This document shows, one piece after another, positions 43,330 to 49,274 of a stretch of 49,274 nucleotides of DNA. The stretch comes from Candidatus Dormiibacterota bacterium (GTDB lineage: Bacteria; Chloroflexota; Dormibacteria; Aeolococcales; Aeolococcaceae): positions 1 to 49,274 of the forward strand of contig PMYJ01000109.1 of assembly GCA_003170875.1 (NCBI GenBank). Reading direction: 5' to 3'. The notes below the pieces were generated by a model that did no database searches, was not told where the DNA came from, and saw only the letters and a program-made list of their open reading frames with translations. The position numbers were made by a program, and so were the translations under genes. Within the stretch, counting starts at the first letter, position 1, and the number at the start of each line of letters is the position of its first letter.

Positions 43330-44457
43330 TCACGCTCCCGCATCCGGAGACGTCGACTCGACCAGGGCACCCCCGCTGCTCGGCCCCGCAGTCCAGCCCC
43401 CGACGCCCCGGCAGGTGCCGCCCGGCACGCAGCTGATCGCGTTCAGCGAGAGCACTTGGCCGGCAACCTGCGGAGCGTCCACGAGGGTCCACCTCCCAGA
43501 CGAGTAGCGCATGAGGACCGGCGGGATGGTCGGCACGGGCGTCCCGGACTCGTAGAGCACCCCGACGGAGGCCGATCCGACCGCCCAGCAGTCGCTGGAC
43601 GTCGAGCAGGCGACGCCGGTCAGATACGCTTGGCCGAGAGCACTTGTGCTCGGGCTGTTGACAACGTGCCACTCCCCACTCGTGTAGTGCTCGATCAGCG
43701 GCTGGAGGAGTCCGGAACCCGGGACGGCGCACCCTGCGGCCGTGGTCGCTGCTGAGCACCCCACGGCCCAGCAGTCGCTGGCTCCGACGCAGGTGACAGC
43801 GTCCAGAGCGGTGGTGGCGGTGCCTCGGGAGTTCACCGTCCAGGTGCCCCCCGAGTATTCCTCTATCAGGGCGGACCCGTTTCCGTCTGTGGTCGTGGAG
43901 CCCACCGCCCAGCACTCGTCGACGCCGGCACACGTCACCGCGCTCAGCGAGGAGTTCGTGCCCTCACCTGCCGAGGAGGGCACCGCCTGCCAGCCATCGC
44001 CCGACCAGTGCTCGATAACACTGCCCAGACCCCAGCAGTCCGCTTCGGAGACGCAGGTGATGCCCTCGGGTCCGAAGCCCGACGTGACCGGGACGGAGGT
44101 CCAGCCCCCGCCCGACCAGTGGGCGAGGGCATCCGCGCCCGACGCCCAGCAGTCATCGCTGCCGGCGCAGCTGATCGAGGCCAGGCTGTCGTAAGCCGGA
44201 GGGCTCGCGGCGGGGTACCAGGGGCCCGGGCCACCGGTAAGGACCAGGGACTCGAGCGCGGGCCCCAGCCCCAGGGTCAGCGCCGCCACCATGACCATGA
44301 CCACCGCGACGAGGAGGGTCGGCGCCAGGCAGGCGGCGCGTCGCGCCGGCGGGCGCGGGGGCTGGGCACGCGCGACGTGGCCCCGGCTCCCGTAACCGGC
44401 GTAGCCGGGGTCACCACCGGCGAATCTGTCGCTCACGATTGGACGGGATGGTCGCAC
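43330..44457 (-). CDS. membrane-anchored protein with six tandem Cys-pair repeats (propeller-like), unknown family
   Basis: One TM helix (LAPTLLVAVVMVMVAALTLGL) followed by six units of the pattern x-[IV]-[ST]-C-x4-5-[DE]-C-W-[AG]-x-G ... [IL]-E-[HE]-[WY]-[ST]-G-x-W. Confidence 0.7.
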   Translation of the reverse strand: MRPSRPIVSDRFAGGDPGYAGYGSRGHVARAQPPRPPARRAACLAPTLLVAVVMVMVAALTLGLGPALESLVLTGGPGPWYPAASPPAYDSLASISCAGSDDCWASGADALAHWSGGGWTSVPVTSGFGPEGITCVSEADCWGLGSVIEHWSGDGWQAVPSSAGEGTNSSLSAVTCAGVDECWAVGSTTTDGNGSALIEEYSGGTWTVNSRGTATTALDAVTCVGASDCWAVGCSAATTAAGCAVPGSGLLQPLIEHYTSGEWHVVNSPSTSALGQAYLTGVACSTSSDCWAVGSASVGVLYESGTPVPTIPPVLMRYSSGRWTLVDAPQVAGQVLSLNAISCVPGGTCRGVGGWTAGPSSGGALVESTSPDAGA

Positions 44458-44687
44458 CTGCCCACCCGGAGGGACAACGGGGAAACCCCCGCTCCCAACC
44501 CCCGGACCCAGCCCCCAGCCTCCATCCCGCTAGACTTCAGAGCCACGATGTGGAGATCTCATGCGCCCTCGATCCGGCCGCTGCCGTCCTGGGGCGCCAT
44601 CGGGTCCGCGGGGATGCGAATGCGCCGGGGCGGCCTGACCGCCCCGCACGCGTGATCTGACATCCTCCTGAACCTGAGGTCCATCAC

Positions 44688-45956
44688 ATGAGCCAACGAA
44701 TACTTTCCCTGCGCTGCCGCGCCTGCGGCAACACCACCCCGATCGCGGCCACCCACGCCTGCGATCTCTGCTTCGGCCCCCTCGAGGTGGCCTATGACTA
44801 CGCCGAGATCGGCCGGCGGGTCTCTCGCAAGAGCATCGAGGCGGGCCCCGCGAGCATCTGGCGCTACCGCGACCTGCTGCCCGTGGAGGACGAGCTGGAG
44901 CCGATCACCCTCGGCGAGGGCTGGTCGCCGCTGATACGCGCCCGCAACCTGGGCGACCTGCTCGGCCTGCGCAACCTCTACCTGAAGAACGACACCCAGA
45001 ACCCGACCAACTCCTTCAAGGACCGGGTGGTGAGCGTCGCCGCCAGCTGGGCACGTGGGCACGGCTTCGACACCCTCGCCTGTGCCAGCACGGGCAACCT
45101 GGCCAACGCCGTCGCCGCCTACGCCGCCCACGCCGCGATGCGCGCGGTGATCATCATCCCGGCCGACCTCGAGTCGGCCAAGAGCTCGACCACCGCGGTG
45201 TTCCGCCCCACCCTGGTGCGGGTCAACGGCACCTACGACGACGCCAACCGGCTCGGCAGCGAGCTGGCCGACGAGGTCCCCTGGGCCTTCTGCAACATCA
45301 ACGTCCGGCCCTTCTACAGCGAGGGCAGCAAGACCCTGACCTACGAGACCGTGGAGCAGCTGGGCTGGCGCCTCCCCGACGAGATCGTGATCCCGATCGC
45401 CTCCGGCTCCCAATTCGTCAAGGCCGAGAAGGCGATCCGCGAGCTGGTCGATCTCGGCTTGGTCGACGGGCCGCCCCACACCCGGCTCACCGGTGCCCAG
45501 GCCTCCGGCTGCGCGCCCGTCGCCGACGCCTTCGCGGGCAACCACCCGGTCACACCGGTCCGGCGCCCCGACACCGTCGCCCGCAGCCTCGCCATCGGCA
45601 GCCCCTCGGACGGGGAGGACGTCATCCGCGCCGCCCGCAAGAGCGGGGGCGTGGTCGAGAGCGTCAGCGACGACGAGATCCTCGACGCAGTGGAGCTGCT
45701 CGCCCGCACCGAGGGAGTGTTCGCCGAGACCGCCGGCGGGGTCACGGTCGCGGTCCTGCGCCGGCTCGCCGAGGCGGGCAGGTGGAAGGGCGACGAGGTG
45801 GTGGTCGCGTACATCACCGGCCACGGCCTCAAAACTGCGGAGGCACTCGAGGGTCGCAGCCAGCTGGACGAACCAATCACCCCATCGCTCCGCGCCTTCA
45901 CGGAGCGCTACCGGGCCGAGATGGACCGGGCTCCTCAGCCGGTGCGCCCGCGATGA
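44688..45956 (+). CDS. thrC: threonine synthase with N-terminal Cys4 zinc-ribbon
   Basis: PLP lysine context NPTNSFKDR, ASTGN, GSQF. N-terminal CRACGN...CDLCFG. Confidence 0.85.
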   Translation: MSQRILSLRCRACGNTTPIAATHACDLCFGPLEVAYDYAEIGRRVSRKSIEAGPASIWRYRDLLPVEDELEPITLGEGWSPLIRARNLGDLLGLRNLYLKNDTQNPTNSFKDRVVSVAASWARGHGFDTLACASTGNLANAVAAYAAHAAMRAVIIIPADLESAKSSTTAVFRPTLVRVNGTYDDANRLGSELADEVPWAFCNINVRPFYSEGSKTLTYETVEQLGWRLPDEIVIPIASGSQFVKAEKAIRELVDLGLVDGPPHTRLTGAQASGCAPVADAFAGNHPVTPVRRPDTVARSLAIGSPSDGEDVIRAARKSGGVVESVSDDEILDAVELLARTEGVFAETAGGVTVAVLRRLAEAGRWKGDEVVVAYITGHGLKTAEALEGRSQLDEPITPSLRAFTERYRAEMDRAPQPVRPR

Positions 45957-46384
45957 CCACGCCCGCCGAGCTCCTGGGGGGCTTCGATCCCAGCGCCGGC
46001 TTCATCGGCCTGCTCGGCCTCCAGGTCGACGAGGTCACCCCGACCCGCGTGACGGCCCACCTCGAGATCCGCGAGCAGCACCTGCAGCCGTACGGCCTGG
46101 TCCACGGTGGCGTCTACGCCGCCGTCGCCGAGACCTTGGCGTCGATCGGGGCGATGGTGGCGGCGGGGAGCGACGGCTCCGGCAGGGGGGCCGTGGGGCT
46201 GGAGAACCACACCAGCTTCCTCCGCACCGCCCGCGCCGGGCAGAGGATCGACGCCGAGGCGACGGTGCGGCACGCCGGGCGCCGGGTCCACCAGTGGGCG
46301 GTGACCATGCGTGACGCGCAGGACGGCCGCGAGCTGGCGACGAGCACCGTCCGGCTCCTGCTGGTGGACACCGAGAAGGTCTGA
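45953..46384 (+). CDS. PaaI-family hotdog-fold thioesterase
   Basis: ATG 45953 overlaps the thrC stop (ATGA). Motif LVHGGVYAAVAETLAS. Confidence 0.8.
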   Translation: MTTPAELLGGFDPSAGFIGLLGLQVDEVTPTRVTAHLEIREQHLQPYGLVHGGVYAAVAETLASIGAMVAAGSDGSGRGAVGLENHTSFLRTARAGQRIDAEATVRHAGRRVHQWAVTMRDAQDGRELATSTVRLLLVDTEKV

Positions 46385-46473
46385 CCCGGCCGGTCGGGCG
46401 GTCCGTCGGGCGCTGGTCCGCCGTCGGCTCGTGACCAGGGTCACATAAGCCGAGCCGGGGGCTGCCCACGGCC

Positions 46474-46485
46474 CCTACACTGTCG
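46474..46485 (+). promoter_or_regulatory. CCTACACTGTCG element (contains -10-like TACACT), 8 nt before ATG 46490
   Basis: An identical 12-mer recurs at 47929-47940 in the same position relative to another start codon. No SD is present. Confidence 0.4.
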
Positions 46486-46489
46486 CCCG

Positions 46490-47263
46490 ATGATCGAATC
46501 TGCCCTCACGGTCGACTCCACCAAGTTCGGCACCGCCCGGATCGTCAGCCGCCGCGACTTCGCCGAGGGTCTCTGGGTGATGCGGATCGCCACCGACTTC
46601 GACCTCGGCTACCGGCCCGGCCAGTACTGCACCCTCGCGCTCCCGATCGGCGACCGCCTCATCGAACGGCCTTATTCGATCTGCTCGTCCCCCGAGGAGG
46701 GCGAGATCGAGCTGTTCATCGAGCGGGTCCCGGAGGGCGAGCTGACCGTTCCCCTCCACAGGCTGGAAGTCGGTGCCGAGATGCCGGTCCGGCGCCGCTG
46801 CAAGGGCCTCTTCCTGAAGGAGGCGCCGGTCGAGGGCCAGGCCCACATCTTCGTGGCGACGGTCACCGGGATCGCCCCCTTCGTCTCCTGCATCCGCACC
46901 CTGCTCCGGCGGCTCGACCGCGGCGAGTGGTCTCCGGCGGGGAGGGTGGTGCTCCTCCACGGCGCGAGCGTCTCCTCGGAGTTCGGCTACCTGGACGAGA
47001 TGGGGGCACTCACCGAGAAGTTCGACTGGTTCGAATACGTCCCCACCATCAGCCGGCCCTGGCTGGACCCCGAGTGGCCCGGGGAGCGGGGCCGGGTCGA
47101 GGACGTGGTGCGCAAGTACGCCGACCGGCTCGAGCTGCGCCCGGGTTCGGCCTCCGCGTTCATCTGCGGCAACCCGCAGATGATCGACAACGTCAAGGGC
47201 GCGCTCCGCAGAGGCGGCTTCGAGGCCGCTGCGGTCCACGAGGAGCAGTACTGGCCCGAGTGA
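46490..47263 (+). CDS. ferredoxin-NADP reductase-like FAD/NAD(P)-binding oxidoreductase
   Basis: FAD motif RPYSICS, NAD(P) motif VATVTGIAPF, and ICGNPQM. Confidence 0.85.
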   Translation: MIESALTVDSTKFGTARIVSRRDFAEGLWVMRIATDFDLGYRPGQYCTLALPIGDRLIERPYSICSSPEEGEIELFIERVPEGELTVPLHRLEVGAEMPVRRRCKGLFLKEAPVEGQAHIFVATVTGIAPFVSCIRTLLRRLDRGEWSPAGRVVLLHGASVSSEFGYLDEMGALTEKFDWFEYVPTISRPWLDPEWPGERGRVEDVVRKYADRLELRPGSASAFICGNPQMIDNVKGALRRGGFEAAAVHEEQYWPE

Positions 47264-47265
47264 GC

Positions 47266-47288
47266 GGGTGCACCGTCCGGATGCACCC
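47266..47288 (+). terminator. hairpin immediately after the FNR-like stop
   Basis: GGGTGCA (47266-47272) pairs with TGCACCC (47282-47288) across a 9-nt loop. No U tract. Confidence 0.35.
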
Positions 47289-47300
47289 GGGGTCGGTTCC

Positions 47301-47332
47301 GCGGATTCCGGCTAACCCGGCGGATTCCGGCT
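47301..47332. repeat. perfect 13-nt direct repeat GCGGATTCCGGCT x2 (19-nt period)
   Basis: Copies at 47301-47313 and 47320-47332, in the 95-nt gap upstream of the membrane-protein gene at 47359. Confidence 0.6.
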
Positions 47333-47358
47333 GAGTCGAGACTTCAGGGGAAACCCTG

Positions 47359-47916
47359 ATGTCCGTGCTCTCGCCGGTCTCTACCTTGGGCGCCGTGAGA
47401 GTCGTCGTGCAGAGCGGAGATGGGGGAGACGTCGCCCGTCCAGCATGGGTTGCCCGGCCCGCGTCGGGCCGGCGCCAGCCGTCGCGGCGCCACCTCGCGC
47501 CGATCCCGCCGCCTGGGTCGAGCCTCCGCTCGATGTCGAGCGCCCCGCCCGCGGCGGCAGGACGCGCGTTCTTCCTCTCCTCGAGCTTCATCCCGACCGC
47601 GGTGATGGCGTACGTGGTGACGGCCCTCGTGCTCGGTCTCACGGGGGTGGTGACCCTCGGCCCCTTCCTCATTCCCGAGTTCAGCACCCAGTGGGGGGCG
47701 TGGCTCCTGAACCCGGGAGCCTACGTTCTCTGCCTCCCGATGATCCTTCTCGTGGCGCGCAGCTGCGTCGGGGGCGGGTGGTGGCAGATCGGCCTGCTGA
47801 CCTGGCTGGTCGTGGGTGCCGGGCTGGCCATCTTCCCCTGGGCCTCGCCCCTCATCCTATGCGGCCAGCCGCTGGTGTTCACCGCCCTCCACCGCGTGGC
47901 CTCGATGCCGAGCTAG
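47359..47916 (+). CDS. hypothetical integral membrane protein
   Basis: ATG 47359 with GGGGA 7 nt upstream (alternative Met at 47533). About 60 hydrophilic residues followed by 4 hydrophobic helices. Confidence 0.5.
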   Translation: MSVLSPVSTLGAVRVVVQSGDGGDVARPAWVARPASGRRQPSRRHLAPIPPPGSSLRSMSSAPPAAAGRAFFLSSSFIPTAVMAYVVTALVLGLTGVVTLGPFLIPEFSTQWGAWLLNPGAYVLCLPMILLVARSCVGGGWWQIGLLTWLVVGAGLAIFPWASPLILCGQPLVFTALHRVASMPS

Positions 47917-47928
47917 CGCAACCGACCT

Positions 47929-47940
47929 CCTACACTGTCG
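47929..47940 (+). promoter_or_regulatory. CCTACACTGTCG element (contains -10-like TACACT), 9 nt before ATG 47946
   Basis: Second copy of the 12-mer seen at 46474-46485. Confidence 0.4.
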
Positions 47941-47945
47941 TGCTG

Positions 47946-49100
47946 ATGGACGCCGAGCGCGTGATCGCCGCCGCCCAGGCCGTCGAGACGCCGGTTGCGA
48001 CTGTCGACGTCACCGCGATGGAGTCCAACCTCGCCGCCATGCAGGCCCGCGCCAACGCCCGCGGCCTCGCGCTCCGGCCTCATGCCAAGACCCACAAGAG
48101 CGCCTTCGTCGCCCGTCGCCAGCTCGAGCACGGCGCGACCGGGTTGACGGCGGCGACGCTCACCGAGGCCGAGGTCTTCGCCGCCGCCGGCGCCGGCGAT
48201 CTCCTCATCGCCTTTCCCCCGGTGGGGGAGATGAAGCTGCGCCGGCTGGCGGCGCTGGCGGAGCGGGTCGGGCGGCTCGCGGTGAGCACCGACAGCGTGG
48301 AGGTGGCCGCCGCCCTACCCGAGCAGGTGGAGGTGCTCTGGGAGGTGGACAGCGGGCACCACCGGGTGGGCACCGCGCCGGGGGAGGCCACCGTCGCCGG
48401 AGTGACCGCGCTCGTGGCGGCGATCGGAATGGAGCGGTTCCGGGGGCTTCTCACCTTTCCCGGCCACGCGTACGCCGTCGCCGACCGGGCCGAGCTGGCC
48501 CGGGTCGCCCAGGCCGAGCAGCAGGTGATGCTGGAGACGGCCGCCCAGCTCCGGGCCGCCGGCATCGCCGTACGGGAGCTGAGCGTCGGCTCCACGCCCA
48601 CCGCCTCGTGGACTCAGGCCGGGCCGACCGAGATGCGGCCGGGTTCGTACGTGTACGGCGACGCCCAGCAGGTGGTGCTCGGAGCCATGACCGTGGAGGA
48701 GTGCGCTCTCGGGGTGGTGGCCACGGTGGTCTCGACACCCGCGTCCGACCGGGCCGTCATCGACGCCGGGTCCAAGGCGCTCGCCGCCGACGCGCGGCTC
48801 AGCCTGCTCCGCGGCTACGGAATCGCGGCCGGGCACCAGGACCTGGTGCTGGAGCGGATGAGCGAGGAGCACGGGATGCTCGTGGCCACGGGTGGCCGGA
48901 CCGGGCTGCGCATCGGCGACCGCCTCCTGGTCATCCCGGCCCACTGCTGCACCACGGTCAACCTCCATCCGGCCGTGCTGATGGTCGAGGCCGGGAGGGC
49001 GTGGTGGGACCCGGTGGCGGCGCGCGGCTGGCAGGCAATAGCCGCCGGGACGCCCGGCCCTCCGGGGGTGGTTGACGGCGCAACGAGGCTCGGTGGCTAG
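47946..49100 (+). CDS. D-serine deaminase / D-threonine aldolase-like PLP enzyme (alanine racemase N-terminal fold)
   Basis: ATG 47946 inside track ORF 47445..49100. PLP lysine context LRPHAKTHKS, and C-terminal IPAHCCTTVNLH typical of the DSD1-like family. Confidence 0.8.
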   Translation: MDAERVIAAAQAVETPVATVDVTAMESNLAAMQARANARGLALRPHAKTHKSAFVARRQLEHGATGLTAATLTEAEVFAAAGAGDLLIAFPPVGEMKLRRLAALAERVGRLAVSTDSVEVAAALPEQVEVLWEVDSGHHRVGTAPGEATVAGVTALVAAIGMERFRGLLTFPGHAYAVADRAELARVAQAEQQVMLETAAQLRAAGIAVRELSVGSTPTASWTQAGPTEMRPGSYVYGDAQQVVLGAMTVEECALGVVATVVSTPASDRAVIDAGSKALAADARLSLLRGYGIAAGHQDLVLERMSEEHGMLVATGGRTGLRIGDRLLVIPAHCCTTVNLHPAVLMVEAGRAWWDPVAARGWQAIAAGTPGPPGVVDGATRLGG

Positions 49101-49110
49101 ACTGGAGAGC

Positions 49111-49274
49111 ATGACCGCGCCGAGTGGCCGCGCCATCGCCGTCGTTTCGGTCCACGCCTCTCCTCTCAGCGAGCTGGGGCGGGGGGAGAACGGCGGGATG
49201 AATCTCGGGGTCCGGCGCCTCTGCGAGGGTCTCGCGGAGCGGGGGGTGCCGACCGACGTCTTTGTCCGCCGGGA
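49111..49274 (+). CDS. GT4 glycosyltransferase, MshA-like (5' fragment, runs off the window)
   Basis: My own translation from ATG 49111 (ggagag upstream) gives MTAPSGRAIAVVSVHASPLSELGRGENGGMNLGVRRLCEGLAERGVPTDVFVRR. This matches the MshA-type N-terminus (SxHTSPL...GGMNVY pattern). It is absent from the ORF track because no stop is reached. Confidence 0.6.
   Translation, partial: MTAPSGRAIAVVSVHASPLSELGRGENGGMNLGVRRLCEGLAERGVPTDVFVRR

Noticed and set aside
42350-43933. 527-codon minus-strand ORF. Similar long shadow ORFs occur at 28389..30149, 44559..45824, 8835..10142, 24964..26034 and 39652..40866.
   Set aside because: Each one overlaps motif-bearing genes on the opposite strand or in another frame, and each has the Arg/Gly/Pro/Ala shadow composition.
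44458-44687. The thrC upstream region, examined for a T-box, a Thr-rich leader peptide or a SAM/Lys-type riboswitch.
   Set aside because: Only one 7-bp GC hairpin (44627-44645) without a U tract is present. The small ORF there has no Thr run, and no conserved riboswitch block was recognised.

Overview
Very GC-rich, gene-dense chromosomal segment with about 50 protein-coding genes on both strands. Actinobacterial hallmarks: an MshA-like glycosyltransferase start at the right edge, a DUF222-HNH (13E12-type) gene, an Rpf-like transglycosylase, a TM0106 RecB-like nuclease, many 4-nt start/stop overlaps (GTGA/ATGA), and several apparently leaderless genes. I see no rRNA, tRNA, CRISPR array, integrase or transposase. 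Blocks from left to right: OsmC / methyltransferase / CsoR-family trio; MDR dehydrogenase; GT-C glycosyltransferase; VOC and TfoX-N proteins; a NOX/Fre-like reductase with an exported FMN-binding protein and membrane proteins, next to an OmpR-type two-component pair; a NarL-type two-component pair; fused PabB-PabC; dienelactone hydrolase; small membrane proteins; a PLD lipoprotein coupled to a RecB/Cas4-like nuclease; a decayed DNA-methyltransferase fragment and a long structured leader in front of an Rpf-like gene; erythrin-VIT1 protein; rhodanese; DUF3048 lipoprotein; glutamate dehydrogenase; FtsX/ABC pair; AlkA-like glycosylase plus HAD; a complete assimilatory sulfate-reduction operon (cysH, cysC-sat fusion, cysG, sir); GNAT / SLOG-like / REC-EAL genes; DUF222-HNH; SDR; a six-repeat Cys-pair surface protein; thrC-PaaI; FNR-like; D-Ser-deaminase-like. 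Most of the window looks like ordinary metabolism. The items most worth follow-up are: (1) the NOX-like reductase / flavinylatable FMN-binding / His-rich membrane protein cluster; (2) the six-repeat Cys-pair membrane-anchored protein; (3) the exported PLD coupled to a cytoplasmic Fe-S nuclease beside a methylase relic; (4) the structured, ydaO-like leader of the Rpf-like gene; (5) the PAPSS-like CysC-Sat domain order behind a long leader with chained uORFs; (6) a 12-nt element shared by two apparently leaderless genes. All family calls come from motif recognition by eye, not from database searches, and start codons are often uncertain.
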